Shown: piece after piece, positions 12,301-24,995 of the stretch | Layout: each line of letters opens with the position of its first letter | How positions within the stretch are numbered: the first letter of the stretch is position 1 | Origin: Lingula anatina | Taxonomy: Eukaryota; Animalia; Brachiopoda | Length of the DNA: 64,000 bases | Assembly (NCBI GenBank): GCA_051362555.1 | Contig: CM120642.1 | Location: 28,892,001 to 28,956,000 of the forward strand | Direction of reading: 5' to 3' | The notes under the pieces: generated by a model | The model's input: the letters and a program-made list of their open reading frames with translations, nothing else | What the model was told of the DNA's origin: nothing | Database searches by the model: none | Position numbers and translations under genes: made by a program

Positions 12301-15300
12301 ACAGAGAAAGTAAAGGACATTGAGGATACAGCACCCCGCGTGACACTGATCCCATACCCTGCCATCCTGCGCAGACCTTTGGCCTCGTTTAACACAGCAT
12401 AGTCTGAAACAGTGGAACAGCATGAATATGGAGTACATCATCCAGGGTTCATATTTATATTTTGTTTTTTTATTCCCCCTTGAGATAAAAAAAACATAGA
12501 GTCAAATCTTAACACTGGAAATGATCTAATGGTTGGTATAATTACTTAAGATCAAGGGTCAACAAATTAAAGCCAAATACCCTTTTAAAATACTTAAATT
12601 TATATTTTCATGAATTGAATGTTACCACTTTTTACTGTTCTTTAACTGAGAATATACATAATTTAAAGAAAGGATATATAATCTTATTATTTATTAATAA
12701 TGTTATACAAATTTGTTTGAAGAAAAAGGGACACTTTTTTAAAACACCAGGTGCCATATGAATGTTTATGATTCCTGTCTACAGTATATAAGACAGCATA
12801 CTTACAGTAAGATCTTTCCACAAAAATTGCAATGGTGATGAGGAAAAACAAAGCCAAATAGAAGATGTGAAGGAAATTATTCTCCACAAATTTCTGAAAG
12901 GTCATAAAATGTTTCTTGGCTCCTGTGGGTGCATTTGCAGTGTCTGTCTCAACCTTCAGCTTTTCTGCAGACCTGATAAAGAGGACAATTTCAAACCTCA
13001 TCACTGACATATTCCAAATTAAAATATCTCGGCACATTCTAAATATAAAATCTCAGGCACTAACAATATGCCATATGGGAAAGTTTATATACCATGTATT
13101 ATAAATAAAACGACGGTGAAGACAAAACAAAAAGATGGATAAATATTGCATTTACCTAGGTCTACTGACAGCAGATGCTGGTCTTGATGCTGCTTCCTTC
13201 TTGGCAATTTCAGATTTCAGCTGGCCTCCAGACAGGTTAACAACTTAAAAAATAAAAATTTAAAATCACTACATATTTATTCCACAGAAGTTTATTCAAG
13301 AAATATTTATCTTACAGCTAGTATTAAAGCACTGGTATCTACCGGTTATAAACATAAAAAGCATGCTATATACAGTGTATATCAAATTCACCGCAGAAGA
13401 TCATGAAATAAGAAAAACAATAGGCTGCAACTTATATTGAATATTTTTCCCCTCACCATCTTTTTCCTGAGTAAGCATTGTTTTGAAGTCTTCAAATGTC
13501 AGCTCCTCTTTGTTTTCAAACCCTCCAGCAGCAAACATTCCTTCTAACAAGACATTTATCTCTTCCTCACTTAAACTGCTATCTGTCATCTCAATCATAG
13601 ACCTACAAATACATTTGAGTCCTGTTATTCCAGTTTACGGTAGGTAGTTTACGCACAATGTCTCTGTAACAATGTTTCTCTCATGGGGTATTTGTATATC
13701 TTGATTTTACCAAATCTAAGCCTTTTTACTGTTATCATATCAATGACAGTACCAATACTTACCTGAGCAATGCTGTGAATTCTCCTCTGTCCATGGTACC
13801 ACCCCCATCCAGGTCATACATATCAATGACAGTACCAATACTTACCTGAGCAATGCTGTGAATTCTCCTCTGTCCATGGTACCGCCCCCATCCAGGTCAT
13901 ACATATCAATGACAGTACCAATACTTACCTGAGCAATGCTGTGAATTCTCCTCTGTCCATGGTACCGCCCCCATCCAGGTCATACATATCAATGACAGTA
14001 CCAATACTTACCTGAGCAATGCTGTGAATTCTCCTCTGTCCATGGTACTGCCCCCATCCAGGTCATACATATCAATGACAGTACCAATACTTACCTGAGC
14101 AATGCTGTGAATTCTCCTCTGTCCATGGTACTGCCCCCATCCAGGTCATACATATCAATGACAGTACCAATACTTACCTGAGCAATGCTGTGAATTCTCC
14201 TCTGTCCATGGTACCGCCCCCATCCAGGTCATACATGTCAAACATTAGACGCATCTTGTCATCTTCAGAACCTGATCATATCATTAAACAATCATCTTTA
14301 ACTATCATGATATGATATACAAATATCTAGCAATCTAATAATTCTATCTGTTAAAACAGTCTTAAAAATTATGCAAGAGCTGTCAGGAAGTACATGGCAT
14401 ATGTTGCATATTAATGGTAAATGTTTTTATAGAAATGTGAGGAAATGAAACAAAAATAGTCCAGCAAATTTCAATTATTTACAAATCATAGAAAATTTTT
14501 TTTTCGTATTACACAGTCATGTGACTTATGCACAATATTCTTTTTATTCATTGCAAAAGAGCTAACCTTTAGACAGAAGAACTAAGACATCTAAAAACTC
14601 TCTGAAAGAAATGTAGCCATTTCCATCTTTGTCCACCATATTGAACATTTGATCCACAAACATGGAGTCTGGCTTCAGTACCATGGCCTCTGCAAATTCT
14701 TCTCTTGACATTTCCAAGTCAAATATATTCTTCAAGTCTGCATTGTTTGTTTGCTTCTGCTTGTTGTCATCTTTGGAATAAACCTATAACAGATAGCATA
14801 ACCTTAAGAAAAAATCACTTTTGTTTGTTTGTGATGCATACTGAAATGAGGCATGCACGTAATAAAAAAATTATAAATTTGGCATTTGGTCCATAATCCC
14901 TGCCAAATGTTTTCACAATTTAAAAATTGTTTAAACAATGGTCAATAACACCAATTTATAACTGTTTCCTCCAGAATGATCAAAATATAGATGAATTTTC
15001 TGCCCCTGGATTACCTGTGCAAAAACATGATGCAGAAACTTTTCTACTTTAATTTTTCTTCTTTCCTTGGTTTCGGCTTCTGCATAAAGCTGTTGCAGTG
15101 GTAGGAATTCAACCTCTTCCTTCACGTTACATTCTTTTAAGAATGTCGTCATCATAGCTGACAACCTCTCTCTTTTTTGCTCATCAGAAAACTGAAGAAC
15201 CTGAAACAAAAAACAATCAGCGTACTTTTAAATTCTAGGTAAAGAAATAAAATGTTCTCTTCACATTTAATTTTCTTCCATTATGAAAATAGACCAAAAA

Positions 15301-18300
15301 GTAACTAGGTTATTATACCCCAATTATGTGGGTGTTTACTTTTACCTGTATTTTACCTTTGTGTTTAAAACTTTAAATAATAATAATAACAATTATAGAA
15401 GTACTTCCAAATCCCTACATCATATCTTTTGTTATTCTTGCATATTATTACTACCTTTTGTAAAACAGTAGCATTCATTTTTGCTAAACCAATAACTGAT
15501 TTTTCTCATTTTCAAAATTAGGCAAAAAGAGTAAACTCCGGATACTAAGTTCACTTTGCTTACAAATCAGCGTACCACATCATATTCTTTGGGAAAGTGC
15601 AGGCAGATCACTCGGCCTCCATTTTCGTTGGATATTTTAGATATGACAGCCCCATTCTTCACCACATCAACTGTCCTATATGTTTTACCAGTGACTGGAT
15701 CCTTCACCTTGACCAATCCCTTGTGAAGTTCGATAGCCACTGTCATGGGGCTGTTGCTTCCTCTCCACTGAGTGGCTGAAAAAGTTGTTACCAATAATGG
15801 TGGACTGTTTGGTTTCATGCAATTGGTTCCGTCATTGACAAAGTGTGCAAAAGAAATGTAATCCTAAAAACTCATTCACATTTGGGAATTTTTTCTCCTT
15901 TCATTTCTTTAAAGTTTGGAGTCTTCTCTTTTTTCAAAACTTTATTGTATTTATAAACTTATCAAATGTAATCTAAAAAAAAGAAGGGGTTCCTTTATAA
16001 GAGAGTCCAAATGAAATTGATATGATATTATGTATGAATTTTTACAATGCACATAAAAATTACCTATTATATTCTCCCCTTCCTCTATGCTGTCATCTAA
16101 CTGAACAGCGACTTTGTTATTCTTCAGACTGGTCTGATTTCTCCGATTTTGGATCTTCTTACATGCATGCAGTGCAATTACCAACCCGGCAAAACCTGTA
16201 ATGATTACAGAGAGATTCTGTGTCAAATTATGGAGACATACACGCACATGCATAGACAGTGGACACATATGAATATTTGTTAATTTATTCCCCACAGTGA
16301 AGATTTTTTCATAGGGATTACTACTTAAAATTCTTTTCTTGTTTAATTTGTTGGCTTATGTTCTCAATCTCAAACAACAAATTATATGCTTCTGGTGGTT
16401 ATGTGATATGAGTAAATATTTCTATTTTCTATTTTACTTTGTACATGTATTTGGGATATAGATACATGTAAATAATTATTCAATATGTTACAACTTTAAT
16501 GAAATTATGGATACTAAGTATTATCGAAAGTAACTTTTTACAGCTACTTACAAAATGGCAAAAGTCCAATCAGAATGATCACCAAAATGTACACCACTTC
16601 ACTTCCAGTAAAAAAGTCATGGGTCAAGTTATCATTACACTGTGCCATATCACTGATATTCAGCTGTTTTGGCTGGGGACAAGGGTCACCTGTAAATAAT
16701 AAATACATTATTTTTACATCTGTATACTTTTTTTATACTGTGTCATACATGCTCACCAAACACTGCAGTTTATTTAATTACAAAATTCCTTTTTTTTATA
16801 TTCAGGTTTCATCGTAACACTCTTGCATATACAGGCAAATGGTCAAAAATGGACATTATTTAAGTAAAATGAAAAATTTGGTTGTTTACCATCATTCCAA
16901 AAGAAAACATTTCTCTGAATCTCTCCAGGTTGAATGTTAGTCACTTTTAGAATGACATCATACAGTGTGGTGTTCTTTAATTGCTCAATCTCACTGGAGT
17001 TAAATAATCTGGAATAAAAATAAAAAAACCACGTGATAAATGACTGGATCACTGCTTGATGTAATTTATAACATAAATACAACATGAACAATGAAATCTA
17101 AAATAATTATGTTCAAGCTCGCAAACATCGTCCTTTTAAAATATGAAAAAAACATCATTTTGAATAGTCATGATCTAACGATTAAAAAATTATTTTCCAG
17201 CACAATTTTCATTCTATTTTTATTACCACATCTAAATTTGATATGAACAAATAATAATTTCGATAAAGATCTTTTAAGATTGATATGAAAATATCAATAA
17301 TGACTTTATTACCCATTCTGTGTATTTTCAAACCAGAATCTGTCACCATCTCTGATCCTGGTGAAGTGATCTGTGACCACTGCCAGAAACAACTCCCCCA
17401 GGGGACGGTCTGGCTGGCTCTCGTAGAGACCCGCCACAAAGATATCCATCTTGTCTATTTTATCATTGTAGGCAGTCTTCAAGTTCTCTAAAGCCTAGAG
17501 AGAAAAAACACTCCTCATATTTATTTCGACTCTTTTATCTACAAATCCACTTGCATTCTATCAATCTATCTACATATATATATATCTATATATCTATTAA
17601 TCAATTCCTACACCCATCAATGTTAGCTTTTTCATCCAGTCAGTTACTAATATAAAGATACTCATTTATTTAATCATTGTATTTTGAAGTATGTGGGGAA
17701 TCTATCATTGTATTTTGAAGTAAGTGGGGAATCTATCATTGTATTTTGAAGTAAGTGGGGAATCTATCAATGTGTTTTGAAGCAAAGTGTTTTGGAGGGG
17801 GCCAAATACCAAGCCTGGAATAGAAGAACATAGTACAAATTATACTGGTAAATATATAAAATACACCTTCATATATCACATATCTTCATATTTAACATAT
17901 CTTTATTGTATTTTTATTGTGCAAATTTATATGGACCCTTTTTCCATCCCTTATAAATATGTATGATTATATATACCGGTAAAATATGTATGTATGTGTT
18001 CAGAAATAAAAAAAAAAATCACAAAATAAATTGTAATTTCACAAATAATGAAATTGCATTAAATGTTGAAAATGTAAAAGCACGAGTAAAATGTTTTTGG
18101 ATTATTGCTGAACTCTGAGTCACACTTCACCTATCGAAAATCATCAATGACTATCAGTTTTAGTTATTTAAATGGAGCTCCTATAAAACAGTTTTCCTTG
18201 ACTCTGTACCTCTGACATCATCCACTAAGATGTGGTCCTCTCTCTCCGTGATCTGAGACGCCATCCCCAGTAAAACCGGCTCCAAGCCAAATTCAAATGG

Positions 18301-21300
18301 TTCCTGGAGTGAGGAATGGATACCATTCACCTCACAAATTAGGCATAATAATACACTGTCGTTTTTATTTAAGTGTCCCAATATGATTACTTGGACTAGA
18401 TATGCTATGCTGGTTATAATAATAGGAAAAAAAGGTACGAAGAAAGAAGAAAAAGAAGAAAATGAACAGCAACAAGAAATAAGCAAATAAAAAGTTCAGT
18501 CTTATCCTCACGTCGCCATGCCACCATATGTTACACATTCGAACAGCAGGATATCCAGGGTTAGTCGTGTTGGTGGTGGTGTTGAAAAAATTGCACTGCG
18601 CATCTCTAAAATACGTGAAAAACAAATAACGTAAGATAAAAATGCATTCTTTTTCAATAAGGAAAAAGCAAGGTAATTAAAATTTAAAAGTTTTTCAAAT
18701 CTCTGTTTAGTAAAAGGCTAAGGATAATCTGTACTGTAAGTTGTGTGTCACATTGAGAAACAAACAGTTGAGTGAATAAAGAGAAATTGTGAAATTATTT
18801 CAATATATAAGCTATTCGTTTTTCTGTGCATGATCATTTTTTTCTTTTTACATTCATCTTAAAATACGTGTCATCATCACTAACATTTTACCTTCTATAG
18901 AAGCCAGGTGGTACCACTGAGTGCCCAAATCTGAAAGCTGCTGACTGGAAAATATGACTGACAGCTGGATAAACGTGCTCTTTATACCCTGAAAAAATAT
19001 TAAAAAGTTTGTTCATTTCATAACACAAAAAGGTTCAGTTATCAAAAAAAAAAAAAAAAAAACATAAGAGCATACCAGTTTATAAATATTCCACAAATTT
19101 CGTTTTTATCAGTCGGCCTTTTTGAAGTTTGCAGACTTCGTTAATCCTGGAAATTATTTCCACACAAGTTTCATATATTTCATCCGTGTTCGTGATTGCT
19201 ATTGGACATGTATTCTCCGATCCGATTCTCTCCGCAGCAAAGTATTTGTGAACTTACCAGAGTATGCTGGGAGATCTGTATTTGTAAATGCTGGGAAGAA
19301 CTCGTAAGCGTAAATATTCTAAAAATACAAGACAAAATAAATTACTTATCATATAAAGGCTAATTAATTGTTTTGAACAGCATTTTACAAAGAGACAATA
19401 ATCTAATTTTGTACTTAAAATGTTTATAAAAATACAATATCTTGCTTTATTTATACATCTGCTTTGTCTAGTTAACGACAAGAACATATAGAAGTAGCTT
19501 AACGTTTTGCCCAATTACGAGGTAGACCCATTCAGGTTTCTTTCCTGTGATATTTGATACGTCGCTAGAATAGAGGTATTGGTTTAGATGCTCATTGTTT
19601 ACGAAAACTACCATAGCCCGTGTTACCTGCTGTGTGGCGATGACCCACTTCCTCGCCTCCTGGAAGATGGTCTCGTCGTCCCAGGCCGGGTTCTGGGCCG
19701 CGAGCTCCTGGGCTAGTTTGTTGTGGTAGCGGAAAAACAGAACGCCAAACGCCAGCATGGCTGGGTGCTGGAACAGGCGCGGGTCTCCAAGCACTGCAAA
19801 GTGGTAAAATTATATATCGTTATTTTTTTAGAAATGTCGACTTTTGCCAACAAGGGAGGGTTATTTCAAAATTAAGTTTAACAACGTCCAATTAGGTGGA
19901 TATTAGATTCGATATTGCAAGGCACAGATGATATACTGCGCCAATGGCAAAAATCGACCTCTACTACAAAAATCTTGCACCTGAGACTTGTCTATAAGGA
20001 CGCATAACCAATGAAACTGGAGACTCTGGCTGAATGCAATCAGATTAAATAGCTAGGGGTGATTATCTTCCGTGTGCAATCGGCTTCTGGAACCTTCTTT
20101 TTTTTTTTTTTTACTTCAAATTCGTTTTGCATGCGACCGAAAGATAATCACACGCATACAGTTAACTGTTTGGTTGATGCCGTTACATGTCCCCAATACT
20201 CACACCACTGTCTCTCGGGGGCCATTAGCACGTGTTCCCGAGCAGGGGGAGGATTGGCCAGAGGAACTGACGGCGTGTTTAGCACCGGCCACAGACCATC
20301 GCCATCTCGAGACTTCATGGTGCCGTTCACAAATGTCCTCATAGCGTTATTCCACACCTTACTATTACTGTAAATGACGCTGCCATCAATGAAGGCGGAT
20401 GCTCCATTCATCTGAAAAAAAAAAAATATTCACCGTGCGTTTTCACTGTGTATATGCATATCTGAAGATTCCTTATTTTTTGGTAATCTTCGTTGCATAA
20501 CAGTTCAGGGGCGGACGGAAGCCATCTTCTGGGTCTCCCAGAAGACGGTCAGAATTTTTTTCAAATTTACATTGACAGGCATCTTATTTTTTCTGATGGA
20601 TCAACAAAAATAATTTGGAAGACTGTCAGAAAATATCTCTGGATTCTGTAACTGCATGATGATGACAATGCAGAAAAATGTTTATCTGGATTAACGTTGC
20701 GTAAATATCAACGGAATCTATAATATGGAGAAAAGGGCGAACAAGGCCATCCGTTAAATTTAAAAGACAAGCCTGACTATATCGATTACGTCTGAGGATC
20801 AGCGCAACTGTAGCACTCACGTGCACTTTCACACCCACTGCCTTGTATTAGACTTATTTCGCAAATTATCTAAAGACGCACGTAAAATTGAGAAAAAGAT
20901 TTCCGATTGTGCTTTAAATCGCATAGAATGAATGGTCCATGTATTGTGTTTCTATTATCTATCTATATATTTATACATATATATATAAAAACGCACACTC
21001 TTACAGGCATATCTAGAACTTGGAATATTTAAATTACCGAATAAAAAGTATCCCGGCGTCCCTCACTTACCTGTTCCCTGGGCGAGCCAGGGGAGTGGCC
21101 GGATTTCTTGTCATAGGGGGCTCTCAGAAAGGGAGTTTTCTTAGTCCCGGTGCACCCGCGGTCATACTGGGCGTCACACTTAGGGATTGCCACCGGTGTC
21201 AGCTCTCTAGGACACCCAGCGCCACTGGCCTTGATACTCTCCAGGCTGACGAATTGACCTGGAATTATTTGTAAAATCTCCTCTGGTTGTGGCTTAAGGC

Positions 21301-22978
21301 TCAGCACATGTTTGATTGCTTTGGCATATTTGAGGGAGAAAAATATTTTGTCAAATTTGTGCAAAGGAAGCAAATAAGAAAGAATGACGATCCCATAGAA
21401 CGTCTACATAAGATTGTGGTGTAAAAGTTAAACATTTTTTTATTTGATCTTTGATCTTTCCTTGATCTTTCCTTGAACGTAAAAAATAGGTTTATTTTCT
21501 GTGGCCATAGATGTAAGTTTATATGACTAGGCCTTCGAATTTTCCCGAGAAATTTGATGACATGCACATGCATAGCGTTGCTTTTCACTTTCACCATCAT
21601 TTGCTTGTTCTTATTCATTCTTATTTAAACGGGGCCTTGAATTAATACACTGTTGTCACATTATTAAAATAATACACGCGATACATAATATGACATGAAA
21701 AAATTAAAGTCTTAACTCTCACCAAACAGAGCCCAGAATACCGTTCTGTTTTTGTGGGAAGGTAGCCCGGAGACCCCTTTGAGCGCCGTTTCACTTATAA
21801 AGCGTGGGTTTGGCCAGTCAGCCCCTGAGGGCTGATACACGCCGTCAGAGTACGCAGCCGGGACTTTTCTAAGCAGGCGGGTCCCTAAGTAAGAAGGCAA
21901 AAACATTAAGGTTTACAGTATGTCACCAAATCCATTTCAAACACTAGAAAATCACAAACATCAATGTGTGTCAGATGTTTTTGTATCTTAACATATAAAT
22001 ATCATGTTTATGCTTTTATCCTATATATCCTATATATGAATGATATTGTGTATTGTGAAAGGCGTGTTCGTTGAACTGTTACATCATTATCTACGTTATA
22101 TTTGATATTTACCTGGGGTCCCCCAGTCAGGGTGCGCCAAATTATTATACCACCCGTCCAGTCTCTCGTACGCAGTACCGCCAACTCCTGGGATAAAAAA
22201 AAGATAATAACGTTGTAAAAGCAACTTAACATCGAAATGTACATGTACCCCCCCCCCCCCCTCCATGGAATAAAAAAAGATAATAACGTTGTAAAAGCAA
22301 CTTAACATCGAAATGTACATGTACCCCCCCCCCCCCCCCCCAGCTACGTCCATCCTGCCTGTTGCCTTAAACTTTGACTTTTATCTTGGGGGGAAAAATC
22401 GGGTAGTTGTCGGGCTCTTTTTTTAAGCATACTTATGGCTATTCGAATCCTCGCATTTTTATGTCGAGAGCCTTCAGAAGAAGGGATACATGTAATGTAC
22501 AACATGTGGTTCAAACGGCAAATACGGCTGCCATACAAATGTAGAAAAATAAACAGTTACATGTATGAAAGCAATAACACCAACATTTATGAAAGCGTTA
22601 ACAACAACCAATTCTTTTACGTGGCTGAACTTTTGATCACCGTTGCAGATCACTGAACAACTGTTACTCTTTATGTAAATCATAATAGACAGAGCTATCA
22701 TTTGACGATATGTTTATAAACAAAGTCGTACTACGGGTATGTCTACATACATCTAATAGTTCAAAGAACCTTATTACCGGATAAACTCATTTGGTTGGCT
22801 ACGTTACATTTCCTTAAAAGTTTCGCCGAGGAAAAGGACATATTTCAACATTGGATTTTTATATATTGAAGGACGTACAAATACTTGTACAGGTACCGTG
22901 GTTAGGTGAGTGGCTTAACTTACCGTTCAATAGAAATGCGTATAACAACAAGGTGACGAGCCGCCGTGAAGTCCCCAT
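8611..22978 (-). CDS. DUOX: Dual oxidase (peroxidase-homology domain, TM, EF-hands, NOX ferric-reductase/FAD/NADPH domains); exon 11 disrupted in this sequence
   Basis: Exons: 22978-22924 (signal peptide [19 protein letters not shown]), 22187-22113 ([13 protein letters not shown]), 21884-21723, 21258-21071, 20411-20204, 19793-19627, 19318-19258, 18988-18892 (FRFGHS), 18605-18512, 18303-18210, 17814-~17786 (truncated, GLVFGPL), 17494-17313 ([11 protein letters not shown]), 17008-16890, 16689-16552, 16195-16064, 15775-15576, 15200-15015, 14783-14567 (EF loop [12 protein letters not shown]), 14271-14178 (EF loop [12 protein letters not shown]), 13602-13457, 13243-13156, 12972-12806, 12403-12173, 11927-11831, 11509-11299, 11069-10949, 10702-10473 (HPFT), 9973-9815 (GGGIGVTPF), 9568-9413, 9177-9049, 8733-8611 (FACGPP...EENF*). 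All phases match except across exon 11. Confidence 0.97.
8846..8970. repeat. ~49-bp tandem repeat in the last DUOX intron
   Basis: TACATTATGGTAACAAA...GTGAAGATAAACAC repeated about 2.5 times. Confidence 0.85.
10727..10881. repeat. ~84-bp imperfect tandem duplication in a DUOX intron
   Basis: GCTATCC.TATCT.CTATA.AACTTA.GTTTTTATAGTTT...ATAGTATGAGGTATTTTAGTATGCAA occurs twice. Confidence 0.8.
13736..14236. repeat. 83-bp tandem repeat x6 containing the 3' end of DUOX exon 19 and its splice donor
   Basis: CAATGACAGT recurs at 13741, 13824, 13907, 13990, 14073, 14156. Units differ only at GGTACCACC / GGTACCGCC / GGTACTGCC. Confidence 0.98.
17673..17789. repeat. 31-bp tandem repeat (~3.7 copies) abutting truncated DUOX exon 11
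   Basis: Unit ATCATTGTATTTTGAAGTAAGTGGGGAATCT starts at 17673, 17704, 17735 and (degenerate) 17766. Confidence 0.95.
22191..22342. repeat. ~77-bp tandem duplication of the intron end upstream of DUOX exon 2
   Basis: ATAAAAAAAAGATAATAACG...GTACATGTA(C)n occurs twice. Confidence 0.9.
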
Positions 22979-23075
22979 GATGTATATGGTGTTACCTGAA
23001 ACTGATGACATAATAAGTGTATTTTACATGACAGCCAAATCGTTCACAATGTTTTTGCGTAGACCCCATTCAGAT

Positions 23076-23309
23076 AGGGCGCATTCAGATTCACAATCGT
23101 AGTAGCTGGGTTGGTCCATCTCTCCGGGACATTCTCGTTAAGTGCAATCAGTTGAATCAGCTTAATTGTCTGACGCGCCTCCTCGAGCAGCTAGTGGGCA
23201 ATTAAGTTTTAACTAGCTTCTCAAGGAGGTGTGTCATTCAGTTGAGCCGAGAGCCCCTGCAGAGTTGGACCGACCCAACTAGTAAGATGTGATTATCTGA
23301 ATGCTCCCT
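23076..23309. mobile_element. MITE (Harbinger-like) just 5' of the DUOX start-codon exon
   Basis: TIRs AGGGCGCATTCAGAT...GGGTTGGTCCA / TGGACCGACCC...ATCTGAATGCTCCCT. A related fragment (GACAATTAAGCTGATT) lies at ~47860-48030. Confidence 0.7.
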
Positions 23310-24995
23310 AAAGGTGTGCGACATCTGAACCATAGGTCCTTTAGATTTCTATAGAGACGACGCGCTATTATTTAACTGTTTACTGTAAATTCCTCCCACA
23401 CTGGGGAAATATCACATTACAGCAAGCCAAGCCACTGTTAACTTGTATAAAAGGTATATAGACCGTAGTCTCAATTTATTTAAAAATAAGTACTATTGAG
23501 ATTTCATCAGTCGTTCATCCTCAGGTCAGATATTCATTTACCCTTACTCGTACAAAGACGAGCACGTCTCATTAAATATAATAATGCTGGAAACATCTTT
23601 TTCACTTAATCTCCGAATAATAGACCTACATGTCGCAAAAATATTCATGCGCTTTGTGTCTGTGTTTTCGGCAAACTTGATACACAAGGCTGAATGCATA
23701 CCGCTAAAAGGTATTATTTTCGAATGTCCCCTGTAATACAAAATTGCGATGACCCTGTGCCAACAAGTTTATTGGAATTTACAGTGTGAATAAGGAGCAT
23801 GAAATAATAAGATACAATCTTCCCAGATGACGCCATTCATAGGGGTTCTCTCTACAATTTTTATATAGGCGAATGGAGACCAAACGAAAACATTTTTTTA
23901 ATATTTTCGCGACGGGTGAACGAATTTAAAAAGAACCATTAATCAGTAGAATCAATCATTAGCAAGGTGAGACCAAGATAAGCTGTAAGATGCACAGTTA
24001 TTATTTATAATAACTGCTTTATTTTGATAAGAATTTTTAATCTATATACCACCTTGCATAAACAAACACATTTGAATAAACTAAGAAAACTATTTTTTGG
24101 CATGCCCCTTTTGTAGAACACGAAGTGAAGAGGGAACATAACTTTTAATAGAATTAATAAACCACACATCATACAAAAAGCGCTTACTTAAATTAGGTAA
24201 ATATAGAGGCACAAATACTGTTAACAATAAAAAGGTAGGGAGAGGTACATGACGCAAGGTCACATCTTCAATGTCATCACTGACGTGAACTAACGTGTAT
24301 TTGGAAACACAAATAAAGGTATTAGGACGAAGCAAGGTCGTGCCAGAGTATTTCCAAGATTCGCGTTGATCGTTGGCAATGTATTGATATAAATTGTGCC
24401 GCACTCTGGGCACGTAGACCTGTAATTTTGAATAAATACGCTCGAACCGAATATTGAATATTGATTTTATGAAATAAACACGTTTCCTTTGAATGATTAT
24501 TTTTAAATTCATCAAAGTAAGCTTTCACACACTATTGGAGTAGAGAAATCACACCCCGTTTTCACCCACTCTGTCGCTCAATTTGTCGCGACAATCTGTC
24601 ATTTTGAGAGATTGTTATTGGCTCTTTTCAACGAAGCATTGTAATGCAAGTATTTGTTGTTGCATATTTAAAAAAAAAAAAGAATATGTCTACTGAAAAT
24701 GGTCTTTAAGAATTCGACTTCCCCTGAAATCTCGTGGACGTTTAAGAAGATACAACCTGTTGGTTAAAATGAAGTCTAACAGATCACTTTTTTCTTCCTT
24801 TTTCAACCTATTTTCTTCTTTCTGAAATATACCGGATAATAGCTGGTATCCAATTTTAGCAGTGTAAGCTTAGTTCCCTCCGAGAAAAGAAGAAAGTCTA
24901 TTCTTAAATGCTAAGAAAAAAATCTAACAATTCTAAGCACAATGATTGAACGGAATGATCAAGATTGCAATACTTCTTTCCACACAGGTACTCAC

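Noticed and set aside
13736-14236. CRISPR-like array
   Set aside because: Contiguous near-identical 83-bp units with no unique spacers, in a eukaryotic intron, with no cas genes.
13736-14236. Protein with six extra EF-hands
   Set aside because: The unit length is not a multiple of 3, read-through hits TAA at once, and the copies lack their own upstream acceptor.
17810-17814. 5-nt micro-exon (GCTTG|GTATTT) restoring the DUOX frame
   Set aside because: In frame on paper, but the donor is weak and lies inside conserved coding sequence (VFGP); no support without RNA data.
21259-21373. Upstream extension [15 protein letters not shown] as part of DUOX exon 4
   Set aside because: The acceptor at 21259 gives the correct FG|QFVSLE join and length; the resemblance to YHVLSD is coincidental.
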